Positions 39,401 to 53,800 of a DNA stretch of 64,000 nucleotides are shown one piece after another. This DNA comes from Lytechinus pictus (lineage: Eukaryota). Position 1 is the first letter of the stretch. Each line of letters starts with the position of its first letter. The stretch is taken from positions 37,326,001 through 37,390,000 of the forward strand of contig NC_087251.1 in assembly GCF_037042905.1 (NCBI RefSeq). Reading direction: 5' to 3'. The position numbers and the translations under genes were made by a program. Below the pieces are notes generated by a model. The model worked only from the letters and a program-made list of their open reading frames with translations. It made no database searches and was not told where the DNA came from.

Positions 39401-41859
39401 TGGTTGGACCTTAAAAATGGCTATTTCATGTAATCGCCCTTTTAAAGTGCATCCATTAAAAAACTAATTTGAATCTGAATATGTAAGGATGTAAGAACAA
39501 ATTGCAAGGAGGTCAAACAGACATTATTAATATTTCAAAAAGAAAATAACATGTCTTAAGTTTCGTACTATCTGCTCTTCAGTTTGATACTTCCATCAAA
39601 GAAAATAATCAAGGAATAATAAAGTTCTGTTTCAATAGAATAATGCCTGCATTTCCATAATTTCATTACTACAAATGAATTTTCACTGATTTCCTTTTTC
39701 AATAATATCATTATTCCAAATCTATTTCCACTGATTTCCTGACGTAGCTATGGCATTATTTTTAAAAGACTTCATGCTTGGCCGATTGTCAAAAAACAGA
39801 GTGTCATAGCTAGCCTGTAAAAGATCTTCATTTCATGAATTTACAGAAATTCAAGAAATTTTCTAGAGCCAGAAAAAAATACAATATTCACTTTAATACA
39901 TTATAAATCATCAAAACAACCTACCAAGTCAGTTTGAATGAACTGTGTAACTCTCTTGCTTTCATTATACAGAACCTGTTAACAGAGAAAATACATTTAG
40001 TCATTATATTACATTTATTCGATCAGAGTTTTAAGGCCAAAAACCTCAAATAAAACAAATGAAACACAAATATAAATGATAATGGCTAGAAAATATAAAT
40101 TTATCAATCTTATCAAATCATAGGAATAGAAAAAAATATATCGAAATACAAATATAAAGGATACCAGAAATACCACTGGCCAGGGAAAAATGAATGGAAA
40201 CGTACACATATTTTGTTGTGAAATTTCATACTTCATTTAAAGATGATAGATTATAAACAAATATCAGCAATTTTGCTCTTTATTTTTGTAATTTTATTCT
40301 AGTATTAAACCAATAGGATACAAGATCAACTTCAAAAATATTTTTCCCAGCAAATAATTTTCTGTGTATTCCTTAGCAATGAAATAGTTATCTCATGAAA
40401 AATGAAATTGTAATCATAATTACCAATCTGCAATCTGCACATCCCAGTACAAGTTTATCCTCATTGTGATTTCTGCCATATGTAAGTACTGGAGCTGGAT
40501 ATGAAAGAGAATAGAGGGCTTGAATTAATCAAAAGCCTTCGAAGGCCAAAGAGTGACATGTAGATACCATGTTGACTAGGCTTGATGTCCCTCTCATTTG
40601 CCTTGGGAGAATTGTTGAGCCCCCCCCAGAAAAAAATAATAAATCGCTGTTTCCTGTAGTATAGATATGTACCCTTCGGAAAAGTGGCCAGCCTTGCCCT
40701 CAAAATGTTGAATCTTAAATTTTAAGGCCTGGAATATATACATGCATTGCTAAGTATCAAAACATATACCGTAAAAAAAGAAAGAGAAAAATATTTTTTT
40801 TGGGGGGGGGAAATAAATGCGCTCTCAAAGTTTGCAAAAGAAGGAAAAGTTGTTGTTTTTTAAGGGTTTTTTAAGGATGTTTTAAAGATGTCTGTTTCCC
40901 TTAATAATGTGGTAATGAATGAGAAAATACTGTAATTATTAAAATGATATGATTGCATATATCAGACCCTGCCACAGCACTAACATCCTCTGGCAAGGCA
41001 TTTATCTATATTTTCCCACTCTCAACCCAGGTGCACTAAATGAGTACAAGAATATGAATGTTGCATATGATTATCATAATTATCACAGAAATAATGCTGT
41101 CATGTTCTCCTTTAATATTCAGTCAACTTATATTATCAGATGAGGAATTACTTTTACATACCTCATGAGGGAAGCATTTCCTTAATTGTTGTGGGATAAG
41201 GCCTACTTGTTATTTTGACTACCAACTTTAACTGATCGTATATTTTTTTCTTGTCAATTTGTTCAATTTCTCTGTATTTATTAATTTGATTTTCTGTATG
41301 TATTAGTAGTTAATTGTGCGCCTTGAGTGTCATTGACAGATATGTGCGCTATACAAATCTTTAATTATGATTATTACTTTTAAAGAATCTTCAAAATCAT
41401 TATATTCTCATAAAAGTGAGGATGAAATACATCATCAGCCTTTCAGTATAAAGCAACATTTCAAAATCAGTTCAAAGTAATTTCTTCAAGAAATTAAGGC
41501 ATCAAATGCTTACATTTCAGAGGTATTGCTGTCACTGAAGCCCTTTGTATCTGAAAAGTGAAATAAAAACGTAGTATTCTACTATTCATGTTGAATGATA
41601 CCAAATAGCAGTAATTTGGCCACCAATGAATACCTTGAAAAAAACATCTATGAAATCCAGCTGAGAGCAATTCACAACATGTAGTAGTTTCTCCTCCTCT
41701 TTCTCCTTCGTTTTAATCATGTGTTTGCTCTACATTACCCCTACATGTATATCGTAAATATGGTTCAATATGCAGTCGTGTTATTTATTGCATGCAGTAT
41801 GTAATATACATGCATTTTTTAATCATGTAAATGATACCACTGTTACGAAACTGTACACC

Positions 41860-41898
<39 letters not shown>

Positions 41899-44800
41899 AT
41901 GTGCAATTTAGTCTTTGTAACTGCGACGCACGATTCAATAAATACCAAACCATACCGTTGATCCTCAGTGAATCCCATAATGTTCAGAGGCACATAGTCA
42001 TCAAGTTAATTTCAAAGCTGCCTAATTTGTAGAAGTGAGAAGAGTAATAGGTATATAACCAGAGCTGCCAAGTTGTATTTTGCATTTTCAGTATTCTTAT
42101 CCCCCAAAATCAGTATATTGACAAAAAAATCAGTATTTTTACCGTGTGAGATATACATTTATATATTTTGTATTTTTCCCCAAAAAAGTGTATTTCATAA
42201 TTAAATGCTTGGCGCACTCGCCCATCACGGCGCTCAAGCTGCATGCAAGCTAAAATGCGCACTGCTCTTGCAGATGAAAAAAAAAAACCCATTGAAACTT
42301 GTGTATATCTCACGCTGGTTTTTACAAAATTATTGAAAAAAAAAAAGTTACCTGAAATTACATTGATCTAATAACCATATTTGTGTAAGTTTTATGAAAT
42401 AGAGACATGTAGATATGATTTTTCTCAATAAATTATGATTTTTTTTTACAAAAAACATATTTTTTAAAGAAAAAACGTACTGCCGTATTTTGGTTGCAAA
42501 AACGTACTAAATACGGCTAAAACGTACTGGTTGGCAGGTCTGTATAACTCACCCTACTCCTTGAACACTCATAGATACAGGTATCAATGCTGGCTCGACC
42601 TGCTGCAACCTCCAATGTATGTATGTGTCTTGGCTGGTTCAAGCTATCACAAATAAAAAATTACAGCAATGAACAACCAATGAATCTCCTTAACAGGGAA
42701 TTTCTATTCATTATTTTGAATGCTCTCTTTCAGTATGTTGAATATTCCGTTCCTCTGATTGGTCAAAAGTGGGATCATGTACCTGACAATGCCTGCAAAA
42801 CAATGGCTGCTATGCTTCAAGCATATATTTGCTTATATAGTTTGCCTCTGCATTTTACTCATTAAGTCTTTTTTTCTATATTGTATTTATGTCTTTCTCC
42901 AGTCACTATATATAAGATTGTCACTTATTATGTACTTTATGCTATATTATGATTATGTTTCACGCATTGCAAATTTGTTTTGTGTATTATCCCAATAAAT
43001 ACAGAAAATCCTGTAAAAAAAACAAACAACAAACTAAGGTGGTTAGCAAGGGCAACAGTCATAGTTAACAAGATTTCTGCCCATTGCCCCTTGATCCGCC
43101 CCATAAGAATGGGCACAGGTAAATTTGGCTGAAATCCCCATTTGATTGCGAAAACCATAATATCAGCGCGATTTAATTTACTCACGGATTTACACACTTA
43201 TTGCGCCTGCATTACACGATTCAATATAGCAGCAGTGCTCACTTTGAAAACAATTATTGAATAATTATTCACAAAAAACACCATTCATCTGATGATTAAA
43301 TAATGTTCATTGACCATAAATGACCTTTGACCTTGATCATGTGACCTACATGCAAACCTTGTGCAAGAAGATCACTGATACTTGATTACCATTATGTCCA
43401 CTTTTCATTAACTAGATTCATAAACTTTTAACGTTATGATGGCAACCGCTAACATGACCAAAGTTTATTGACCTAAATGACCTTTGACCTCAGTAATGTG
43501 ACCTGAAACTCAAGCAGGATATCACATCTACAGGAAATACTTTAAAAGTTTGGAGATGTAAACCAAAGTTTGAAAATGGATAAGGCTTGTTTTCAATGAC
43601 TATGTGTCTAGAGTACATCTGTAAGCACAACTAACTCTGGATGAACCCGGCATGACCTACGTACAGTGCATAAAAGTTACACACAATGGAAGGCAGTCAA
43701 CACGGCCAACAGACTTTTTTGATTTTGAGAAAACTGGGCATTAGCTTAATGTGTCTCCAAGACGGTTATCAAAATCAGGCTAATAAATTGCTACTTGTTT
43801 CTAAATTAGAGTTTTTCATCCTATATTGTGGTGCATTTGAAGATTTTTTAGGACAAATGCAAGCACTCATACACATGTTTCATCTTAGTTTGAAAATTTT
43901 TCAAATCAGCTATACACAAAGTGCAATAATTCATTAAAACCCTTTAATAAAATTGAACTAACAGAACCTTGAAAACTTGATGTCAAGAATGTTAACAGAT
44001 ATGAACCTTGTGGAAATGCACGAACTGGATTCTTTGTGGTATAACAAGAACGTATGTTTGAAAACTCAGACATTGTTTTACTACTCAGTTTGGTATGTAA
44101 AAGGTATCAAAACAGTACAGGATGTAATTCATGATAGTGGTAATCGTTTCAAAGAAATTTTTTAATTGGTGCTAGAGTTCGACATTCAGGGCAATCCCCT
44201 TGTTTAGAATGTGGTCGAACGATGATAGAAACCCTTACAATTTAATGAAGAAAAATTATTATTAAGTGCTAACTAATTTTCAAGATTTGCTATTTCAGTG
44301 TTTATAGAATCTCTTTTACCCTATGAAAGATACAGAGAGTGGAATATTTTAAATATAAATTTAAATGGTCCTTTATCCACAAGAATAAAGAAGTAATTTT
44401 ATTTCAAGGCATTTCACAAAGCTATAGCAACCAACGCTTTTTAGTCCAGGAAAAATAAGGTTTGACCGCAAACAAATTGCAATAGAATTTTTTTCAACGC
44501 AATGCATTTTCATGAAGTCCCCAAAATGACATACTAAAAGTCCAGAAAAATCCATTTAGTGGAAAGATGTCTAATTTGCATAAATCCAAAATGGCGGCTA
44601 CCGTAAAAATTGTTGATGATTATTGATAGTAGTACAAACATTGTTCTGATCATAGCACTTTAAAAAATTATGATAAAAGCATGAAACTTTCACCAGTGTT
44701 ATATCTTACCATAGTCTTCATTTTAAAATCAGAATACAAATCAAATTTGACCTCCGCTGACCTCTAGAGGTCAATGACCTTAAGTTCAATGACCTCTAAA

Positions 44801-47800
44801 TATAAGAAAATTGATGCTTATAATGGTATGATGGTTATAATGAAAACAAAATGATTCAATATTGACTTTCAAGGTATCTTGATATTTTAGAAAGAATTTG
44901 GTGGGTTTTAAGTCTTGACCTTTGACCCTGGAGAGCTGGAAAAGGTCAATGACCTGAACATTTTAGAATATTGACACGTAATTTGGATACCTGTAAATCC
45001 AAAATGGCGACTATCGTGAGAATTTTTGATGATTATTGATAGTAGTACAAACATTGTTCTGAACATAGCACTTTCAAAACCTATGATAAAAGCATGAAAC
45101 TTTAACCAGTGTTATATTTTACCATAGACTTCATTTTGAAAGCAAGATGCTATAATATAGTCAAATTTGACCTACGCTGACCTCTAGAGGTCAATGACCT
45201 CTAAATATCAGAAAATTGATGTTTTGCATCATTAGTACATAATAAATATGGTAATAATGAAAACAAATTGATTCAATATTGACTTTCAAGGTATCTTGAT
45301 ATTTTAGAAAGAATTTGGTGGGTTATAAGTCTTGACCTTTTACCTTGGAGAGCTGGAAAAGGTCAATGACCTTAACATTTTAGAATATTGACACGTAGCA
45401 TCTCTGATTTATGAACCTGTAGGCTTCTAGTGTAAGAATTGCAATACAATTAATTTGAGCACGATGCATTTCCATGAAGTCACCAAAATTACATACTAAA
45501 AGTCCATGTAGTGGAAAGACGTCTAATTTGCATAAATCCAAAATGGCGACCATCATGAAAACTTTTCATGATTATTAGTACAAGCACTGGTCTGATCATA
45601 GCACTTTTAAAAATTATTATTGAAGCATTGAACTTTCATCAGTGTTATATCTTACCATATGCTTCATTTCAAAATAATGATGCAAGTCCGATTTGACCTC
45701 TGCTGATCTCTAGAGGTCAAATACCTTAAGGTCAATGACCTCAAAATATCAAAAAATTGATGTTTTGCATCATTAGCTCATGATAAAAATAGTAATAATG
45801 AAAACAAAATTATTCAATATTGACTTCTGAGGTATCCTGGTATTTTAGAAAGAATTTGGTGGGTTATAAACTTTGACCTTTGAACACTGGAGAGCTAGAA
45901 AGGGTCAATGACCTTAACATTTTGGAGTATTGACGCTAAGCATCACTGTTTTATGATAAACCGGTCTCAAGGTGTAAAATTTGCAATACTATTTATTTCA
46001 ACACATTGCATCTCCATGAAGTCTCCAAAATTATATACCAAAAGTCCAGAAAAATCCAAGTGGTGGAAAAGCGTCTTATTGGCATCAAAAGTGATCCAAA
46101 ATGATTAATCGGAGTAGTACAAACACTGGTCTGATCATAAGATTAAAGCGTTAAACGTTCGTCACTGTTATATTTTATCATAGGTTTCATTTTAAAATTC
46201 GGATGCAATTTAGAATTGACCTGTGCTGAACTCTAGAGGCAATGACCTAAAGGATTATTGACGTCGGAATATCATAAAAATTTATGTTTTGCATCATAAT
46301 AATTCGTTAACTTATAAGGTCCCTTGATACATGAGAAAATTTGCGAGTATTAAAAGTTGTGACCTTTAACCCTGAAACTTTCAAAGGTCAATTTATTTAG
46401 AATATTAAACTTAACTAGTTTACTATCCAGCTTCTGCTGAATAGAACAACCCAGGACAAGATACACCAAAGTGGATATCTTCCATGGGACCAGTCCAATG
46501 GAGACTTCACCTGGATATTGAAATTGAAGGAACAAAGAAGGGAAAGGCAGCACGCTTCGGTGACACCACTCTGAGTAAATGAAACATTTTGATCTGCCGC
46601 TCAGATGTTCATTTGATCATCTTATCATGTCTACATAGGGAAAAGGATAAGATGACAATATCTTAGATCTCGTCTCCTCTACATCCTGTGTGAGAGATGA
46701 TCAGATGGCAAGATCTTGGATCTCGCCATTTTTTACATCCTGTGGATCAGATCTAAGATATTGTCATCTTATCCTTTTCCCTAAGAGTTGTAGACATGAC
46801 GAGATCCCAGATCTGATCATCTCTTCTAAAAGATGTAGACATGATGAGATCACAGATCATGTCATCTGATCATCTCTCCCACATGATGTAGACATGACAA
46901 GATCCAAGATTTTCTCATCTGATCATCTCTCCTAAAGGATGTAGACAAGACGAGATCCAAGATCTTGTCACCTGATCATCTCTCCCACAGGATGTAGACA
47001 AAACGAGATCCGAGATTTTGTCATCTTATCTTTTTTCCTTAAGAGATGTAGACATGACGAGATGATTATATGAACATCTTCAACTTCCATACTTAAGAAT
47101 GGCTTGTCAGCCTGTTTAACAATGTGCTACGCAGTCCCATCTCCCAGAAATTTTGAGGAAGGCTAAAGTAATTCCTCAAACCTGGGAAAGATCCGAATGT
47201 GCCTAAAGCTACAGGCCAATTGCCCTTTTCTGATATCTCTACAAGCTACTTGAGCATCTCATCCTAAAAAAAAATGGTCCCATTATAGAACGACATAACA
47301 TATTCCTAACCAGGCTGGTTTTTCACTTTGGAAATAATATACAGGCTAGGTTCTCCACCAGACTCAGTTCACCGAGGACTTCCGACTTAATACGGTATTA
47401 CTAACTAACGGGTGTAGAAAATTTTGTTGAATTAGCAGTTGCATCTGATACTGTGGTCTACTCGTACAACTATACAACAAATCATTGATGACATTCATCT
47501 GACCAAAGTCATCAAACCTCTACTAGAAAACAGACATCTATTTATGGAACTCAACAAGAAGACCAACATGTAAAGAATTCAAAAGAACTGACTCTCTCAG
47601 GGTAGTGTTCTTGCTTGAGTCCAGTCTTCAAACCCAAAGACCAAGGTTAGCTTGTTTCATCCCCACAATCCTCATGCTTTGAGGAAACTCAAAACAACCT
47701 ATAGTTTTAATTCTATTCTAGCACTGCGACCATGCAATATATCTCGGTGTCAACCTTGATCAGTCACATTAAGAGTGAAGGGGGAAAGTGGGGATCCATA

Positions 47801-50800
47801 ATAATTACCTTCTCCGGAACTGACAAACTCCTCCACCAATACTCTGGTACAGAGAATGCATGTGCTGTCTTGGACATGTCTACCTCTAGACAACACTTGT
47901 GGGACTATCACAAACTATCTAAAGCCAAAAATGTGAAGAGTCTGTATGTCCTGTCAGGTATTGCCCATCTGATATACGCAGATCAGTAGCTATACCACAG
48001 AGCTCTCAGCGAAGATATAGCGTCCATCAAATCTATGATGCCAAACTAGTTGAAAAAGCCTAAAATCTAGGAAACATATTTTTAATTCTGTCCAACCTCT
48101 GACAGAGTCACCATTACGGTATGCAAGTTATGGGAAGAGAAGTGCGGTGCCAACCAGCATCGTGGTAAGCTGCATCTGCTTTCTAAAGAGCAACTACACC
48201 AGGTTACAATCTAGATGGGAAAACTTGCAAGTCTCTCGGGAAGTATACATAGATGATAATTTCAAAAAAATAATTGAGGCATTTCAGATATCATTTCAAA
48301 ACCTCCCAATGCTCTAACCTCAGTCAGGAATGTACTTGCCAAAAAAGACCTGGGACTCGTTTCATAAAGAGTTACAACTGTTGTAACGTTGCCATTATGA
48401 CAACTACCATGGTAACCTTGATTTTGATTGGTTGCTGAACCCTAATGCCATGAATGCCATGGTAGTTGCCATGCCATAATGGCAAAGTTACATTTACATG
48501 TAAGTAAAGTTTGCAGATCTCAACATTTGACTGCTGAGGAAAGTGAAAGGTCAGTTACCTCAAAACATTATCATATCAACCAGTGATGCCGAGTGCCAAT
48601 ATTTTTACATTTTAAGGTCAAATTTCTTTAGAGATCCTCAAATTTCAAACATAAGTTGATATAACATGATGCTAATCAAGAACTCTGGATGCAAAACATC
48701 AATATTTTTAAGTCATTGGCCTTAAGGTCATTGTCCTCAAGAGGTCAGGAGAGGTCAAATCTGAATTGCATTGGAATTTTTAAATGAAGCCTATGGTGCA
48801 GATATAACACTGGTGAAAGTTAAATGCTTTTATCATTATTTTTTAAAGGAGAATGAAACTCTTTGAGCAAGTTAGCTTTTGTGAAAGCAGAAAAATCAAA
48901 GAATAAGATCAACAAAAGTTTGAGTTAAATCGGTCTAGCAATAGAAGAGTTATGAGCATTTGAATGTCGAGATCACTAATGCTATGGAGATCCTCACATT
49001 GGCAATGCGACCAAGATCTATGATGTCACAGATGAACAACTCTCCCCTTTTGGACACTGAAAATATACCCCAAAACATCTCTTTTTGCTCATTCTAATCA
49101 TATGACAAACGATTCGTCAATGATATAATGTTGTGAAACATCTGTACTTGTCCTCTCATAAAGAGAACACCTCACCTTGTGATAGACTCCATAAAAGTGA
49201 GAATATAAGTGAAATAAGTACTTAAGTAATGAGGGAGTTGTACGTGTGTGACATCACAGATCTTGGTCGCATTGCCAATAGGAGGATCTACATGGCATTA
49301 GTGATCTCAATATTCAAATGCTCATAACTTTCTTATTATTCATTCAATCTTCCTCAAACTTTCAACAATATGTTTCTTTGATTTTTCTTTTTGATATGGA
49401 TTCAGCTGGTTTCAAGGGTTTCATTCTCCTTTAAGTGCTATGATCAGACCAGTTGTTTTTACTATTATTTGTAAAAATGAAAAATTGTCACGATGGCCTC
49501 CATTTTGGATTTATACAAACTAGATGTCTTTCCACTACATGGATTTTTCTGGACTTTTAGTATGTCATTTTGGAGACTTCATGGAAATGCATTGTGCTGA
49601 AATAAATTGTATTGCAATTTTTTCACGAGAGGGCTGTTTATCATAAACCACTGATGCTAAGTATCAATATTGAAATATGTTAAGGTTATTGACCTTTGCC
49701 AGTGCTCCAGGGTCAAAGGTCAACATTTATAATACACAAAATTCTTTCTAGAATATCAGGTTACCTTGAAAGTCAATATTGAATTATAATTTTGTTTGCA
49801 TTATTATATTTATCATGAGCTAATGATGCAAAACATAAATTTTCTGATATTTTGAGGTCGTTGACCTTAAGGTCATTGACCTCTAGAGGTCAACAGAGGC
49901 CAAATCTGACTTGCATCCTAATTTTAAGACGAAGCCTATGGTAAGATATAACACTGGTGAAAGGTAAATGCTTTAATCATAATTTTTTTAAGTGCTATGA
50001 TCAGACAAGTGTTTGTACTACTATAAGTAATCATTACTGAAAATCCTTGCGATGGCCGCCATTTTGGATTTATGCAAAGAAGACGTCTTTCCACTACATG
50101 GATTTTAAAAACACTTTTAGTATGAAATTTTGGGGACTTCAAGGAAATGCATTGCAGTAAGAAATTTCTTGTGCAATTTGTTTGAGGTTGACCCCCTAAA
50201 TCAGTAATTTTTCCTGGACTATAAAGCTAACAAATTTTTCACAAATTTGAAATGAAATGTGGTTGCGTTAATTTTTATACACACTGTACAACATGATATA
50301 GCCAGAGGGCGTGACTTTGACAGCCCCCTGAGAGGGGTAGGCGTCAATGTGCCAGCCCTTTTTATGTAGCTGATAGAGAAAAGCCTAATCTTAACTAAGT
50401 GGTTAAAAAGCGTAGATAAATGCATACAATCTTCAACTACTGTACTGTATACACTAGATACGTTATACATATTAGTCTACGAAAATGCATACAAAACGCG
50501 ACATTTGTGAAATTTGAATAGTCAACTTTGATACCTTATAAATTTGTTAAAAAGAATGACACCAATTTAGAATTGCATCCACATGATAATAGTATATCAA
50601 TAAAGTTTTCTGGAACATTTCAAGGTAATTGCTCCATTTTTCTTAGATTTATGTAAAATCATGTATTTCCAAAATTTACAATTTTTTGGAAAAAATGACA
50701 AAAATGCAGTTTTCTACTACAAAATCTCAGCCAAATTATCTATTTATCCCCTATAAATAGTATCAAATCATAGGAAATTTATTTCTCTTTCATATGACAC

Positions 50801-53800
50801 TAATTTTGTGGCAATTAAATGTTCATGTCAAAATCTATGTACGAAAATTCAAATTTTCTGAAAATTTGGCGGCCATTTTGGATTTATGCAAATTAGACGT
50901 ATTTCCACTACTGGGATTTTTCTGGACTTTTAGTATGTCATTTTAAGGACTTCAGGGAAATGCATTGTGGTAAAAAAAATTCTATTGCAATTTGTTTGCG
51001 GTTGACCCCCAAAATCAGTTATTTTTCCTGGACTATTTGTACAGGATAAAGAGATTAGACATTGAATTTATGTAGTTTTTGCAATCAGTTGTCTGAATCT
51101 ACCAAACATTTTATGGTTGAGCGTACGATCGTAACCCCTCTCTGGAAATGTTTAGAAAAGTACTTCAGCTCAAAACTTAATCTTGGGAGTACTATAGTAA
51201 ACTTTCCAAAAATGTTTGGACTTAGCAGACCATCGCAATCATTTGTGTATAAACCTTTTCTTCCTCTGTACTTGCTTTTATATTTATTGCTGAAAGTTTA
51301 GAAAAGAAAAGCCCTACTTACATTCCCTTCTTGTCTTCATCAAAGTGAAGTATAAATCTGAATATCATTCTACTGCAATGCATGATATAATTACGCATCA
51401 CTTTCAAAACTTTGTTTTTGTTATCTGGCTTGTAGAAACCTGTATTTGTACCTTGTGAATCAGTTTTCAGTACCAAATGAAAAAATTGTTCTTTGTAGGA
51501 AAATGAGGAAGGTACATTTAAGAGTAGGAATGATATCATCCCATCAAATTGTGATAGTTGTGATAAAGTAAAAATCGAGAAGTTAATTAGAAGCAATATA
51601 CATTTTCTTTTACAGATTAATGCAAATGAACCAAATCGATAACAAGATAGTGAATAAAATAAGGAAAATGATGGACATTTAAGACCTCTGCTAAAGCCAG
51701 GTACATGTAATAATAATCATCCTCTGAAAAGGCTTTATGTATTTGCATCATCATGTTAACAACACAGCAATTACATTGACATACCTGAAATCAACTGCAA
51801 ACGGTTCATTCTCTGTCCTGACAAAACTAATTTCTTCTAGTTTGGTTCTGAATGGAGAAAGAAAGAGGAAAATTATCAAAGAATATCACAATCTACATCC
51901 CAAATAAATGTTGATTATCAAACATGAAGTTTAAAAAAGAAGATAGTCAACTTAACTCTAAACATCGGCCTTGGGGAATTAACTATTGCAAATACCTTTG
52001 CCTCTATGCTGTAACTGGGTATTCTTTCAATGAGCTGCTGCGGCACTATTTTCTTTTTCCTTTTCTTAATTTACTACTAGTATCAAATCCATCTAGTTCT
52101 GAACTTTTTAGTAGTTTACACATGGACACTCCTACAACCAACATAATACTAATTTTTAATAAAAAAGGGTCGTCACTTCACAAAGGGGTCTATTTTATCC
52201 TCACTTCCAAAGGTGGGGGGTCCCAAAAGAAAGAAACTACTCATTGTAGGGTTGGTTGGTGCTGCATCCCCACCCACCCCCTTCTCTGTTATTAAACAGC
52301 TCTGCTCCAATCTGAGTCAGGTCAGGAACATATTTTCTATGTGACAAAATGTGTTAGAAAAGAGGGATTCCTACTTTCGCCTGATAATTTCAGACTTCTG
52401 GATCATTCAAGAACAAATCTGGGAAGTATTCAATGCCACATTTTTCCCACCTTGGCCTTGGCCCAATTCATGTGCAGAAAGTCTGCGAGAGAAAGTTTTC
52501 TCCAGCGGCCTCGAGACTCGGAAGTACGGACCTGGTGGGTGTTTCATGATAGCTGTCAGCACTGACTGAATTGTCAGAGCTGACTATTTTAGTGAAATCC
52601 TTGCTTTTGATTGGCTGAGAAGCACTGGCCTCTGACTGTCACTATGGTAACTGTCGGAAAAAGACAACTTGTTAGTGCTGACAACTTTCATGAAACAGTT
52701 CCCTGGACTGCATCCCTGAAACAAATGCTTACCCATTGACAGCATACACAAACAGATTAGCTCTGTCTTTCTCTGCTGCCACAGGAGGGGCCCACTGGAG
52801 GGAGGTCTCAGATGCAGTGGCCCACCACGCTAATATCTAACAAACATAAACAAAACACAATATAAGTTACTCATTTCATTCCCATTTATTATATTTTATT
52901 TTGACATGGTACATGTACATCAGCCACAGGCTGTTCTTCAGAACGTCTGTGTATAATAAAAACACATTACATGTATATATAATTAAGAAATACAAAATTT
53001 TCTTACAGGTAAAACATTGATATTACATAAAAAGAGAAAGTGTTGAAGAAAAAAAATCAAAACAAAAATATAATTAAAAGAAAAAAAATGGGGGGGGGGG
53101 GTCACACCACTCTTGTGTCAAATTTAAATCTGTTAAAACTAGTTATTTTTACATCATTAGGTAGTTTATTCAAGCTTCTAGCTATACTCATTATGATAAT
53201 AATATTTTACCCAGGATAATAACAATATATGGGATTTGTAATGCGCCAAATCCACTCGGCAGAGTGCCCAAGGCGCAGTGAAAGAAAGAGAAAATTACAA
53301 ATATTTCAATACTAGATTCAGGAACAATTAAAACAGACCTGCCAACCTCTGGGAATGAAAAATTGTATTCGGTGATTTAAAAAAGTGTATTTTTCCCAAA
53401 AAAAGTGTATTTCATAATAAAATGTGTGGCGCACTCGCTGATCACTGCGCTCAAGCTGCATGCGCACTGCTCTTGCAAATGAAAAAAAAAAAAATTTAAA
53501 CATGTGTATATCTCATCCTGGTTTTAACAAAATGATTGGAAAAAAAACAAGTTACCTGAAATTACATTGATCTAATAACCATATTTGTGTAAGTTTTATG
53601 AATAGAGACATATAGAGATGAATTTTTTTTAAATTTTTTTTTACAAAAAAGTATTTTTTAAAAGAAAAATGTACTGCCGTATTTTGGTTGCACAAACTTA
53701 CTAAATACACCAAAAACGTACTGGTTGGCAGGTCTGTTAAAAGTAGGAGCATTGAATACAGCAGGCCCTGCTTAACATAATAATGTTATTACCCTGGATT

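Larger units (their letters stand above)
44442..51035. mobile_element. Non-autonomous Academ-like DNA transposon with ~0.45-0.55 kb subterminal repeats
   Basis: TAGTCCAGGAAAAA/TTTTTCCTGGACTA termini; TTT TSD; splits a LINE reading frame; an extra internal right end lies at 50221. Confidence 0.78.

Noticed and set aside
39720..39815. Possible extra WDPCP exon after tttacag
   Set aside because: The peptide is unrelated to WDPCP, and the neighbouring exons already join without a gap.
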